From the NCBI GenBank assembly GCA_035306485.1, contig DATGNX010000012.1:1277-65276 (forward strand): DNA of 64,000 nt. Reading direction: 5' to 3'. Below the pieces are notes generated by a model. It saw nothing but the letters and a program-made list of their open reading frames with translations, had not been told where the DNA came from and ran no database searches. The DNA comes from Burkholderiaceae bacterium (GTDB taxonomy: Bacteria > Pseudomonadota > Gammaproteobacteria > Burkholderiales > Burkholderiaceae_B). The translations under genes and the position numbers were made by a program. Each line of letters opens with the position of its first letter. Positions within the stretch are counted from its first letter, which is position 1. Below, piece by piece: positions 49,805 to 58,815 of this stretch.

Positions 49805-50596
49805 ATGAACGAATATCAGGTCTCCCTACGTGATTCCAAACCCGGGCCAACCGGCCTGACCGCCGTGGCGGCGTCGTTCCGGCGGGCCTTCGTTTCGCAG
49901 TTGCATCCCCGCATGCTATTCGCGGTGCTACTGCCGTTTGTCATTACATTGCTCGGAGCGATCCTGCTTCTATGGATCTTTTGGGATCCGCTTACCGACT
50001 GGCTGACCGTCAAGTCGGAGAGCTGGGGCGTGGTCAATACCTTGGACGGCTGGTTGATCGCCATCGGGCTGTTCTCCATCAAGCTCTACCTGATTCCTCT
50101 GCTCGCCGCCGGCATTTTGTTGCCGATGTCGGGCATTCTGGGTCTGATCATCGCCGCGGTCTTCATCATGCCGATCGTGCTGGGGCACCTCGATAAGCAC
50201 AACTATCGTGGCCTGCAGCGTAACGGACAAAACGCCACGGTGGTGAGCGCCTGGAACGCGGTGTGGGTCGGCGGCCTTTTCATCTTGGGGTGGCTATTGA
50301 CCATGCCTTTGTGGCTGTTTCCGCCACTGGCCGTGATTCTTCCCATCTTCTGGTGGACGTTCGCCATCACTCGCATGTTGCGCGTGGACGCCGTCATAGA
50401 ACACGCGACGCCGGAAGAGCGACGCTACCTTTGGAAGCGCCACCAGCGGCAATGGTGGCTCATCGGGTTCTGCCTCGCATTAATCAATCTCATACCGCCG
50501 GCATGGCTGATCATGCCGGTGTTCTCGTCGCTGGTGTTTGCCCATTTTGGGCTGGAAGCCTTGCGCCAACACCGTCTGTCTGGAGCCGCAATCTGA
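49805..50596 (+). CDS. EI24/CysZ-like integral membrane protein
   Basis: 263 aa with 4-5 TM segments and an EI24-like arrangement. The family call is by eye only. Confidence 0.55.
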   Translation: MNEYQVSLRDSKPGPTGLTAVAASFRRAFVSQLHPRMLFAVLLPFVITLLGAILLLWIFWDPLTDWLTVKSESWGVVNTLDGWLIAIGLFSIKLYLIPLLAAGILLPMSGILGLIIAAVFIMPIVLGHLDKHNYRGLQRNGQNATVVSAWNAVWVGGLFILGWLLTMPLWLFPPLAVILPIFWWTFAITRMLRVDAVIEHATPEERRYLWKRHQRQWWLIGFCLALINLIPPAWLIMPVFSSLVFAHFGLEALRQHRLSGAAI

Positions 50597-51387
50597 TGGA
50601 CCGCACTCTGCCCAAAATCCGCCTAATACTTATAGGCGATGAAATCCTGTCCGGACGCCGGCAGGACAAACACATGCCCCACCTCATTCAGCTGCTTGGG
50701 GAGCGTGGCATGCACCTTGGCGGGGTGGAGATCGTGTCGGACGATCAACAGGAAATCGTCGAAGTACTGACGCGCAGTTTCGCGACGCCCGACATCGTAT
50801 TCTGTTGCGGGGGCATCGGTGCGACACCCGACGACCGTACACGCCAGGCGGCCGCACAAGCACTGGGGCGCAAGCTGGTTCTTCATCCCGAAGCCAAGCG
50901 GCTGATTACCGAGCGTTGCGCGGATAACGAACGCGAAGGGCGGGGTAGTGGTGACATGTCGCTGCCGGAGAATCAGCAACGGCTGGAGATGGGCGTGTTT
51001 CCAGAAGGCGCTGACATCGTACCCAACCCCTACAACAAGATTCCCGGCTTCTACATTCAGGATCACACCTTCATGCCGGGCTTTCCCGTCATGGCGTGGC
51101 CCATGATGGAATGGACTTTGGACCAGCGGTATTCGTCGCTGCACCACCAGGTGGAACGCGTTGAGCATTCCTTCATCGTGTTTGAAATGCCGGAATCACG
51201 GATTACGCCGGCGCTCGAAGAACTGGAACGACGCTGGCCGGGCGTTCGCGCCTTCAGCCTGCCCAGCCTTGGGCAGGGGCGGCCTCATATCGATCTCGGT
51301 GTGAAGGGCGACCCGGCATCGGCCGCGCAGGCCCTGGCGTATCTGCGCAGCGAGGTGTTGCGGCTGGGAGGTCAGCTGAATCCATGA
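50596..51387 (+). CDS. CinA-like molybdopterin-binding (MoCF_biosynth) domain protein
   Basis: Trimmed to MDRTLPKIRLILIGDEILSGRRQDKH..GGIGATPDD. The start overlaps the upstream stop (TGATG). Confidence 0.75.
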   Translation: MDRTLPKIRLILIGDEILSGRRQDKHMPHLIQLLGERGMHLGGVEIVSDDQQEIVEVLTRSFATPDIVFCCGGIGATPDDRTRQAAAQALGRKLVLHPEAKRLITERCADNEREGRGSGDMSLPENQQRLEMGVFPEGADIVPNPYNKIPGFYIQDHTFMPGFPVMAWPMMEWTLDQRYSSLHHQVERVEHSFIVFEMPESRITPALEELERRWPGVRAFSLPSLGQGRPHIDLGVKGDPASAAQALAYLRSEVLRLGGQLNP

Positions 51388-51388
51388 G

Positions 51389-51425
51389 GCGGTGTCTGTC
51401 CAGTGTTACACCGGACAGACACCGC
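51389..51425. repeat. 13-bp perfect inverted repeat (hairpin) downstream of the cinA-like gene
   Basis: gcggtgtctgtcc (51389-51401) pairs with ggacagacaccgc (51413-51425) across an 11-nt loop. No T-tract follows. Confidence 0.7.
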
Positions 51426-51451
51426 GCGTGGCATGGTGTATATTCCACCAT
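51416..51451 (+). promoter_or_regulatory. candidate promoter (caGACA-17-TATATT) with overlapping palindromic operator ATGGTG-N7-CACCAT upstream of the IclR gene
   Basis: The -10-like tatatt at 51439-51444 lies inside the inverted repeat 51433-51438/51446-51451, about 32 nt before the ATG at 51483. Confidence 0.35.
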
Positions 51452-51482
51452 ACGGAAATGTTGCGTCGCATCATAAAAACCC

Positions 51483-52316
51483 ATGACCATGTCATCCGCC
51501 CGCACCGACAACTTGCCCCCGCCCGAATCCTCCCGCTCTGCTCCCCTCAACGGCTCTCAAGTCGCGATCCAGGTTCTGGAGCGAGCCATGAAGCTATTGG
51601 ACGTGCTTGCGCTGCATTCGGACCCGGTGGCCTTGAAGGATCTGGCGGCGGCCACTGGCCTGCATGCTTCCACGACGCACCGGATTCTCAATGACCTGGT
51701 GGTGGGCCGCTATGTCGACCGCGTCGACAACGGTATGTATCAACTCGGCATGCGGCTGCTCGAACTGGGCTCGCTGGTGAAGCGCCGGCTGAATGTGCGC
51801 GAGGTGGCGCTCGAACCCATGCGCGAGCTGCACCGGATCACGGGCCAGACCGTCAACCTGTCGCTGCGACAGGGTGACGAAATCGTCTATATCGAACGCG
51901 CCTGGAGCGAGCGCTCCGGCATGCAGGTCGTGCGTGCCATCGGTGGGCATGCCCCCCTGCACCTCACTTCCACGGGCAAGTTGTTCCTTTCGGTGGCGGA
52001 GCCGCGGCAGGTGCGCGCTTATGCCATGCGGACCGGGCTCGCGGGCACCACGCGCAATAGCATTACCGACATTGAGCGGCTGGAACGTGAACTGGCGCTG
52101 GTGCGCCGTCATGGCTACGCGCGCGACAACGAAGAACTGGAATTGGGTGTGCGGTGTATTGCCGCTGGCATTCACGACGATACCGGCAAGCTGCAGGCGG
52201 GGCTTTCGTTGTCCGCGCCCTCGGATCGGTTGCGCGATGATTGGATCCCCTTGCTGCAGCGCGCCGCACTGCAGATTTCCGAAGCGCTGGGCTACGAAGC
52301 CGCTGCGTCGGCTTGA
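51483..52316 (+). CDS. IclR-family transcriptional regulator
   Basis: 277 aa. The N-terminal wHTH is VLERAMKLLDVLA..LKDLAAATGLHASTTHRIL, followed by a C-terminal IclR effector domain. Confidence 0.9.
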   Translation: MTMSSARTDNLPPPESSRSAPLNGSQVAIQVLERAMKLLDVLALHSDPVALKDLAAATGLHASTTHRILNDLVVGRYVDRVDNGMYQLGMRLLELGSLVKRRLNVREVALEPMRELHRITGQTVNLSLRQGDEIVYIERAWSERSGMQVVRAIGGHAPLHLTSTGKLFLSVAEPRQVRAYAMRTGLAGTTRNSITDIERLERELALVRRHGYARDNEELELGVRCIAAGIHDDTGKLQAGLSLSAPSDRLRDDWIPLLQRAALQISEALGYEAAASA

Positions 52317-52362
52317 AGAGAAAGGCTACGCTGCAGGTCCTGTATCACTGAGTGCAAGGCAT

Positions 52363-52395
52363 AAAAAAGCTCCGGCCATGGGCCGGAGCTTTTTA
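52363..52395. terminator. bidirectional rho-independent terminator
   Basis: Stem agctccggcc/ggccggagct with loop atg, flanked by aaaaaa and tttt. It lies between the convergent IclR and Bug genes. Confidence 0.85.
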
Positions 52396-52408
52396 CTTGG
52401 GTAGCGCC

Positions 52409-53383
52409 TTATTGCGGCTGGATACCCGACTTCTTGAACAGGTCCGCCCACTGCGGCACCTGCTGGTTGACGTGCGCGGCCAACGCCTCAGGATTGGCGC
52501 GGTCGGTCAGCACATTGGCACCCAGGCCGGCCATGCGTTCCTGGAAGGCCTTGTCGGCCAGACCTGCCTTCAGAGCGGCATTGAGCTTCTCAAGCGCGGG
52601 CTCGGGTGTGCCCTTGGGCGCCCACATGCCGTGCCAGATGCCGACTTCGAAACCGTCATAGCCGGATTCCTGCATGGTGGGCAGGTCCGGCAGCGTGGGA
52701 ACGCGTTCCTTGCTGGTTACCGCATAGGCCTTCACCGTGCCGGCCTTGATGTGCTGGGTGGTGTTGGTGGTCTGGTCGCACATGATGTCCACCTGCTTGC
52801 CGAGCAGGTCGTTCATGGCGGGACCGGTGCCCTTGTAAGGGATGGTCAGCAGCTCGACGCCGAGGGCGTTGGCGAACATGGTTCCACACAGATGGCTGGC
52901 TGCGCCGATACCGGCGTTGGCCAGGGACACCTTGTCCGGGTTCGCCTTCACGTATTCGACCAGCTCCTTGATGTTGTCGGCGGGGAAGTCGGAACGCGCG
53001 ATGATGGTCATCGGTACGTCGACCACCAGGCCGATCGGTTCGAAGCTGTCAGAAGTGTAGCCGGGGTCCTTGTACAGGGACTGGGCCGTGGAAAAGCCGA
53101 TATGCATCAGCAGAATCGAGTAGCCGTCCGGCTTGGCACGCGCTACGTGACTGACACCGATCGTGCCGCCTGCGCCGCCTTTGTTCTCCACCACCACGGT
53201 TTCCCCCAGAGCGGGCCGCATGGCCTCCGCAAGGGAGCGCGCCACCGTGTCCGTCGGGCCGCCCGCGGAGAACGGTACAACCATGTTCACCGGGCGCTCG
53301 GGGTAGGCAGCGGCGGCCGTGCCTCCAATCATGGCCGCGCCGAGGATCAGGGCTGAAGTGAGTTTCAGGGATATGTTTTTCAT
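52409..53383 (-). CDS. Bug-family (TctC-like) tripartite tricarboxylate transporter substrate-binding protein
   Basis: 324 aa. A signal peptide is followed by YPERPVNMVVPFSAGGPTDTVAR, the typical Bug/TctC N-terminus. Confidence 0.9.
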   Translation of the reverse strand: MKNISLKLTSALILGAAMIGGTAAAAYPERPVNMVVPFSAGGPTDTVARSLAEAMRPALGETVVVENKGGAGGTIGVSHVARAKPDGYSILLMHIGFSTAQSLYKDPGYTSDSFEPIGLVVDVPMTIIARSDFPADNIKELVEYVKANPDKVSLANAGIGAASHLCGTMFANALGVELLTIPYKGTGPAMNDLLGKQVDIMCDQTTNTTQHIKAGTVKAYAVTSKERVPTLPDLPTMQESGYDGFEVGIWHGMWAPKGTPEPALEKLNAALKAGLADKAFQERMAGLGANVLTDRANPEALAAHVNQQVPQWADLFKKSGIQPQ

Positions 53384-53573
53384 AAGTGTTTAATGTCCTG
53401 AAGCGTTGAGTAGAAGCGCGCCGGGCGCGGGTGTCCCCACTGCCCGCCGGTAATCGATGCTACGGCAAATGTTTTAGCCCTGTCGTCCGGGGTAAACCCG
53501 GAAGTGTCTCCCCGTGGGCGTTAAACCTTGATTTGCTTCAACATTCCGTTATGTTGCGTTGCAATAAATTCGC

Positions 53574-53601
53574 TTGACATGGGGTATGCCTTCGGTAAAA
53601 T
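53574..53601 (+). promoter_or_regulatory. strong sigma70-type promoter candidate for the phasin gene
   Basis: TTGACA (53574-53579), a 16-nt spacer, then TAAAAT (53596-53601), about 70 nt before the phasin ATG. Confidence 0.5.
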
Positions 53602-53674
53602 GTGTTTTGTGCGGTGCAGCATATCAATTCCGCTCACGGGCCACGAGCCCAATCTCCACAGTAAAGGAACTCAT

Positions 53675-54265
53675 ATGAGCGCGGTCCCCCAACAAGTACT
53701 CGTCAACCAGAAAGCCACTGTCGACAATTTCCTCGCATTCCAGCAAGCGGTATTCAATGGTTTCGAGAAGTTGGTCGACCTCAACCTCCAGGTCGTTCGT
53801 GCCTCCTTGGACGAAGCCAACCAGAAGGCGCAAGAAGCCCTGGCAGTGAAAGATGTGCAGGAAGCCGTCAACTTCGCCTCCACGCTGGTGCAGCCGAATG
53901 CCGACAAAGTTACAGCCTATGGCAAGCATGTGTACGACATCGTCACCGGCGTGCAGTCCAGCCTGACGAAGCTGACCGAAGAGCAGATTGCCGAGGTACA
54001 GCGTCAGCTCGACGAAACCATCGATCAACTGGCCAAGAACGCCCCCACGGGCTCTGAAGGTGCAGTTGCTCTCATGAAGAGCTCGCTCGCCACCGCTACC
54101 AGCGCTTACGAATCCGCCGCCAAGGTGGTTCGCCAGGCGAGCGACGCGGCCGAGTCCAACATCGCGGCGGCAACCAACGCCACGCTGAAGGCCGCCAGTG
54201 ACGCAGCTGAAGTGACCAAGAGCGCATCGACGCGCGCCCGCCGCGCGCCGGCTTCTGAAGCCTAA
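53675..54265 (+). CDS. phaP: phasin-family PHA granule-associated protein
   Basis: Trimmed to MSAVPQQVLVNQKATVDNFLAFQQAVFNGFEKLVDLNLQ with SD aaagga upstream. The composition is Ala/Gln-rich and helical. Confidence 0.85.
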   Translation: MSAVPQQVLVNQKATVDNFLAFQQAVFNGFEKLVDLNLQVVRASLDEANQKAQEALAVKDVQEAVNFASTLVQPNADKVTAYGKHVYDIVTGVQSSLTKLTEEQIAEVQRQLDETIDQLAKNAPTGSEGAVALMKSSLATATSAYESAAKVVRQASDAAESNIAAATNATLKAASDAAEVTKSASTRARRAPASEA

Positions 54266-54339
54266 GTCGCAGAATGAACTGGGTGTCGCGCCTTCCACGG
54301 CGCGACACCTGGCTCGATCCGACCCGGACACTGGGAATT

Positions 54340-54364
54340 CCCGGCCTCCGGGTCGTTTTTATTT
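54340..54364 (+). terminator. rho-independent terminator candidate after the phasin gene
   Basis: Short GC stem cccgg/ccggg followed by tcgtttttattt. An 11-bp hairpin precedes it at 54282-54309. Confidence 0.5.
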
Positions 54365-54391
54365 CAGGTTCATTTCTTTAAGGCTCGCCGC

Positions 54392-55426
54392 TCAGACGGC
54401 CTGGACGCATTCGGCGATGAGCGCCGGGCCGCGGTAGATGAGTCCGGTGTATAGCTGCACGGCGTCTGCCCCGGCTTCCACCTTCTCGCGGGCCTGTCGC
54501 CCCGAGAGTATGCCGCCTACGCCAATGATGGCCGTATCGGGGCCCAGAAGTTCTCGCAAGCGGCGAATGACAGCCAGCGAGCGTTCATGTACGGGAGGTC
54601 CCGACAAGCCTCCCGCTTCGTCGGCGTGCGGCAGGCCTTGAACTGCCGATCGATCCAGCGTCGTATTGGTGGCGATGACACCATCCATGCCGTAGCGGGG
54701 CAGCAATTCGGCGATGGCGTCCACCTGTTCCGAGGTAAGGTCCGGCGCGATCTTTACCGCCAGGGGAACGCGGCGTCCGTGCTGATCAGACAGCGCTTCG
54801 CGGCGGCTCTGTAGGGCGCTCAGCAGGGTGGTCAGTTCGTCGCCGCTTTGCAGCGCCCGCAAGTTGGACGTGTTCGGCGAAGAAATATTGACGGTGACAT
54901 AGTCGGCGTGTGGATACACCCCATCCAGGCACGTGAGATAGTCATCTACCGCATTCTCCATGGGCGTCGCCGCGTTCTTCCCGATATTCAGCCCCAATAT
55001 CCCACCTTCTTGGCGAAAGCGGCTGCGTTGGACGTTGGCAATAAAGGTAGCCAGTCCGAGGTTGTTGAATCCGAATCGGTTGATCAGTGCCTGCGCTCTC
55101 GGCAACCTGAACAAGCGTGGCTGCGGGTTGCCGGCCTGCGGGCGCGGCGTGACGGTGCCAACTTCCACGAAACCAAATCCCAGGGCGGCCAAGGCGTCGA
55201 TGTGGGCGCCGTTCTTGTCCAGCCCCGCAGCGAGGCCGACGGGATTGCGCAAGGTCAGTCCCATGAGCGGGCGGCTGCGTGTCATTACAGCGGGGAAGAG
55301 TTTGCGGGTGTACCGGCAGTCGTAGGCCTGTTGCAAGCGTCGCAGCGTCAGCTCGTGGGCGGCCTCGGCGTCCAGGGAGAACAAGGCGGCGCGCGCCAGG
55401 GGATAGGCGTTGAAAAGCAGAGACAT
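54392..55426 (-). CDS. pyrD: quinone-dependent dihydroorotate dehydrogenase
   Basis: 344 aa with [27 protein letters not shown] and ATNTT motifs. Confidence 0.95.
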   Translation of the reverse strand: MSLLFNAYPLARAALFSLDAEAAHELTLRRLQQAYDCRYTRKLFPAVMTRSRPLMGLTLRNPVGLAAGLDKNGAHIDALAALGFGFVEVGTVTPRPQAGNPQPRLFRLPRAQALINRFGFNNLGLATFIANVQRSRFRQEGGILGLNIGKNAATPMENAVDDYLTCLDGVYPHADYVTVNISSPNTSNLRALQSGDELTTLLSALQSRREALSDQHGRRVPLAVKIAPDLTSEQVDAIAELLPRYGMDGVIATNTTLDRSAVQGLPHADEAGGLSGPPVHERSLAVIRRLRELLGPDTAIIGVGGILSGRQAREKVEAGADAVQLYTGLIYRGPALIAECVQAV

Positions 55427-55438
55427 GGATTCCGGTGA

Positions 55439-56164
55439 TCAGCTAGAGGGGGCCGTCCAGCGTCCGGCGCGCAGGATCTCATGCGGTCGGAAGGCGGACT
55501 TGTATGTCATTTTACGGCTTTCCTCTATCCAGTATCCCAGGTAGAGCCAGGGCAAGCCCAGCTGGCGGCATTGTTCGAGCTGCCAAAGAATGGCCCAGGT
55601 GCCCAGGCTGCCCGCCGCTTCCGGTTCGTAGAAGGTGTAAACCGCGGACAGGCCGTCTTCCAGTACATCGATGACCGACACCATCATCAAGGCGCCGGCC
55701 GCATCCCGGAACTCGGCTAGACGGGTGTCGACCCGGCTGGTCAGCAGAAACTGCCGGTACTGCGTCTGCATATCGTCGTCCATGCCGGCGCCCGGATGCC
55801 GCTGGAGCTGGTAGCGCTGATACAGGTCGAAATGCTCGTCGTCCCAACGCAGCCCTGTGATCCGGACTACTAACGGTTGCTGGCGGGACCAGACCCGCCG
55901 CTGGCTGCGCGTGGGCTGGAAGTGGTTCGCGTCCACGCGTATGGGCAGGCAGGCGCTGCAATGGTCGCAATGCGGCCGGTAGGTGAAGAGCCCGCTGCGC
56001 CGGAACCCTTTCTGTACCAGTTCACCATAGAGCTCGGTATCGATCAGGTGGGTCGGTGCTGCAACCTGGGAGCGCGCGGCGCGTTCCGGCAGATAGCTGC
56101 ATGGGTATTCAGCCGTGGTGTAGAACTGAAGAATGCTGAGGGGAAGATCCTTCGGGTCGCTCAT
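55439..56164 (-). CDS. bpt: arginyl-tRNA--protein transferase (leucyl/aspartate-glutamate N-end rule transferase Bpt)
   Basis: Trimmed to [32 protein letters not shown]...YRP.C..C..C. It has an ATGA overlap with aat. Confidence 0.88.
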   Translation of the reverse strand: MSDPKDLPLSILQFYTTAEYPCSYLPERAARSQVAAPTHLIDTELYGELVQKGFRRSGLFTYRPHCDHCSACLPIRVDANHFQPTRSQRRVWSRQQPLVVRITGLRWDDEHFDLYQRYQLQRHPGAGMDDDMQTQYRQFLLTSRVDTRLAEFRDAAGALMMVSVIDVLEDGLSAVYTFYEPEAAGSLGTWAILWQLEQCRQLGLPWLYLGYWIEESRKMTYKSAFRPHEILRAGRWTAPSS

Positions 56165-56934
56165 GCGCCTACCTCTTGATCCTGCCGGTCGCCGAGATCC
56201 AGCGGCACCAGCCGTCCATCGTGCAGCAATCTGCCGGCCCGCCATGGGGGCGTGGGCCGCTGCTGTGCCTCGTTCAGCAGATGCAGAAATTCCCCACGGC
56301 TCATGGTTGCAGCTCCAAGACTGGCGAGATGCGCGGTGTCCTGTTGGCAATCGATATGAGTGACACCGTGACGCTCCAGGAAACGGACGAGGTGCGCTAG
56401 CGCGATCTTGCTACTGTCAGTGGACCACGAGAACATGGACTCGCCAAAGAAGAAACCGCCCAGGCACACCCCATACAGGCCGCCGACCAATCTCCCGTCT
56501 TCCCACGTTTCGATGCTGTGGGCCTGGCCCAGGTCGTGCCATTGAGAGTAGGCGGCGATGATTCTTGGGGAGATCCAGGTGCCTGCTTGGGTAGCGCGCG
56601 GCGCCGCGCAAGCCTGAATAACGTGACGGAACGCGAGGTCAGTCGTCACGACGATACGGGCGTCGTCTTGCGTTTCGCTCCGGCCAATCTGGCGAAGCTT
56701 CTTGCCCAGTGAGCGTGACACCTTGAACTGACTGCAGGGCAGGACCATGCGCGGATCGGGGCTCCACCACAGCACGGGATCACCTTCGTTGAACCAGGGG
56801 AAAACGCCCTTCGAATAAGCTTCGACCAGGCGAGGCACGGTCAGTTCACCGCCGGCGGCCAGCAGGCCGCCCGGCAGGGCCATTTCGGGCTCCGGAAACG
56901 GGGTGTCGGGTTCCAGCCAGATCGGACCGCTCAC
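56161..56934 (-). CDS. aat: leucyl/phenylalanyl-tRNA--protein transferase
   Basis: Trimmed to the GTG at 56934. From that start, the spacing to [33 protein letters not shown] matches the E. coli Aat N-terminus as I recall it. Confidence 0.85.
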   Translation of the reverse strand: MSGPIWLEPDTPFPEPEMALPGGLLAAGGELTVPRLVEAYSKGVFPWFNEGDPVLWWSPDPRMVLPCSQFKVSRSLGKKLRQIGRSETQDDARIVVTTDLAFRHVIQACAAPRATQAGTWISPRIIAAYSQWHDLGQAHSIETWEDGRLVGGLYGVCLGGFFFGESMFSWSTDSSKIALAHLVRFLERHGVTHIDCQQDTAHLASLGAATMSRGEFLHLLNEAQQRPTPPWRAGRLLHDGRLVPLDLGDRQDQEVGA

Positions 56935-56950
56935 TTCTGCGCGCCTATGT

Positions 56951-57532
56951 TCAATCCTGGTGGGGAAGGTCGTAGTGATGTATGGGAAACACGCCGGTCT
57001 TCGCATCTTCCACATAGTGTTGCAGCGTTGTGCTGACCGTGCGGAAAGATAGCTCGTTCCATGGGATGTCTTCCAAGCGGAAGAAGGCTGCGTCGCTGCT
57101 TTCCGGGCCGGGGTACAAGTCGGCGCTGAGCACTTTGGCCAGGTAGAAGAAGTGGACCTGCTCGGCCTGAGGAACGTCGATGATGGTGTAGAGCGGGCCC
57201 AGTTCGATTTGCGCGCCGGCTTCTTCCTGAGTTTCCCGCATGGCGCCCTGGGCCGTCGTTTCGCCCAGCTCCATGAACCCCGCCGGCAGCGTCCACTTTC
57301 CATAGCGAGGCTCGATGGCTCGCCGGCAAAGCAACACACGGTCGCCGAAGATGGGTACGACACCGACCACGTTGCGCGGGTTTTGGTAGTGCACCGCCCC
57401 GCACTGGTCACAGACGTCCCGCATGCGATTGTCTTCGGGCGGGACACGCCGGCTAAGGGGTGTGCCGCAGACGGAACAGAACTTCTGTGTCCGTGGTGCG
57501 GGGAAATAAAAGGTCGGCGCTTGCGTGGTCAT
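56951..57532 (-). CDS. NUDIX hydrolase with N-terminal zinc ribbon
   Basis: 193 aa with CSVCG..CDQCG followed by the Nudix box GKWTLPAGFMELGETTAQGAMRETQEEAG. Confidence 0.88.
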   Translation of the reverse strand: MTTQAPTFYFPAPRTQKFCSVCGTPLSRRVPPEDNRMRDVCDQCGAVHYQNPRNVVGVVPIFGDRVLLCRRAIEPRYGKWTLPAGFMELGETTAQGAMRETQEEAGAQIELGPLYTIIDVPQAEQVHFFYLAKVLSADLYPGPESSDAAFFRLEDIPWNELSFRTVSTTLQHYVEDAKTGVFPIHHYDLPHQD

Positions 57533-57631
57533 GAGGAAATTCTAACGAAAACCGGCGGCTTCGGGGCGTTGCGCGCGCATAGGGTGCGCAGCCACAGCGC
57601 GGCGCGCGCCGCGCCGGCCAGTGCTGAGGCG

Positions 57632-58276
57632 TTAGAGCGCAGGGTGGCGCCGGAAGCCCAGCGCCTCTTCCAGTTCGTCTTGCGGGCAGTATTGCAGGGT
57701 GATGGAGGAGGGCGGAAACCCTTGTATCAGCCGCGACGTCACGCTGAGAGTTTCTTCCGGCGCGAGTCCGTCGGCGAGCAGTTCGGCCAAATCCGTTGGG
57801 TCATCAGGGGCCGCGTCGGCCGCGTCGAGTTCCAGCGCGTCGAGCACCGACGGCAGGTCGCGCCCAGCGAGCAGGGCCGGCCCGCGATCGGTCGCCGCGT
57901 ACAGGCGCCCCGTCTCGTCGAGATAAAGCGCGAGCATCTCCTGCACGTCCAGGCCCGTGTGGGTACGCAGTTTCAACGCGCCGGATGCGGGATCTGTGGT
58001 GGTGTGTACGATGAGGGGTGCCGCGTCGAGACGTACGTAGACACGTTGCGGGCCATTCTGGAAATACCACTGCCCGTGCGAATCGGCGTCGTAGTTGCGA
58101 TCCATGAAGGCGAGGATCTGCGGGCTAGTGATGTCCTCGCCCGCTGAATCCAGTCGCTGCAGCGCATCGCCCTGCGGGTGCAGGCGCCACTGACCGGTTT
58201 CGGTGAGCGACAACCAGCCGTATACAGCCGGTACGTCGGGCCATTTGGCCATCGCAGCAATCACTTGGTCGTCCAT
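57632..58276 (-). CDS. conserved hypothetical protein
   Basis: 214-aa ORF with a single long frame and coding-like GC3. I recognise no motif (WPDVPAVYGWLSL...GQWYFQNGPQRVYV). Confidence 0.55.
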   Translation of the reverse strand: MDDQVIAAMAKWPDVPAVYGWLSLTETGQWRLHPQGDALQRLDSAGEDITSPQILAFMDRNYDADSHGQWYFQNGPQRVYVRLDAAPLIVHTTTDPASGALKLRTHTGLDVQEMLALYLDETGRLYAATDRGPALLAGRDLPSVLDALELDAADAAPDDPTDLAELLADGLAPEETLSVTSRLIQGFPPSSITLQYCPQDELEEALGFRRHPAL

Positions 58277-58375
58277 AAGTGCCTACCGAGAATGAATGCC
58301 GATGATATTACCCGAGGTGGCGGCGCCGGATAGCCCGTGGCGTGGCCGACTGCCCTTCAATCGGCCGACCGCCGT

Positions 58376-58582
58376 TTAATCCTGTTTCTCTTCGCGCTTG
58401 GGGATGACGAAGGGCGTGTCGTCCTTCGGCTTCAGTACGCCGCCCGCGCTGTCGGGATTCGGATTCCCGTCAAAGCGGGTGGCTTTGTCGTCTTCGGTTT
58501 TCTGAGACTGTTCCTTTAGGCGATCGTTGGCTTTTTCGATGCCTTTCTGATTGTCCCGCGCGATGTCGCTTTGTGAGGGCAT
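58376..58582 (-). CDS. small hydrophilic protein, 68 aa
   Basis: Strong SD aaggag 6 nt before the ATG. The sequence is highly charged with no hydrophobic segment (MPSQSDIARDNQKGIEKANDRLKEQSQKTEDDK...). Confidence 0.65.
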   Translation of the reverse strand: MPSQSDIARDNQKGIEKANDRLKEQSQKTEDDKATRFDGNPNPDSAGGVLKPKDDTPFVIPKREEKQD

Positions 58583-58641
58583 GATCCGCTCCTTGAGTCA
58601 TGTATCGTTCGATACAGACAGCAAATCCGGGACCAGAGGCG

Positions 58642-58667
58642 CAAAAAAGCCCGCACAGTGGCGGGCT
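58642..58667 (-). terminator. rho-independent terminator downstream of tRNA-Cys
   Basis: On the minus strand, stem agcccgc/gcgggct with a 6-nt loop is followed by tttttg. Confidence 0.75.
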
Positions 58668-58676
58668 GATTTGATT

Positions 58677-58750
58677 TGGAGGCGCAAGCCGGAATCGAAC
58701 CGACGTACACGGATTTGCAATCCGCTGCATAACCACTCTGCCATTGCGCC
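58677..58750 (-). tRNA. tRNA-Cys (anticodon GCA)
   Basis: The reverse complement is GGCGCAATGGCAGAGTGGTTATGCAGCGGATTGCAAATCCGTGTACGTCGGTTCGATTCCGGCTTGCGCCTCCA. I folded it by hand: 7-bp acceptor, anticodon loop TTGCAAA, T-arm GTCGG/CCGGC with TTCGATT, and an encoded CCA. Confidence 0.93.
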
Positions 58751-58815
58751 TTCGCAAAATCCGCAAGGCGCATGCTCGCGGATCGAGGTAAGCCATAGAT
58801 TATACACAAAGTCGA

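Noticed and set aside
57533-57560. TAGAAT hexamer 6 nt upstream of the NUDIX ATG, suggesting a leaderless mRNA
   Set aside because: There is no acceptable -35 or extended -10, so a single hexamer match is too weak. The gene may simply be transcribed from further upstream.
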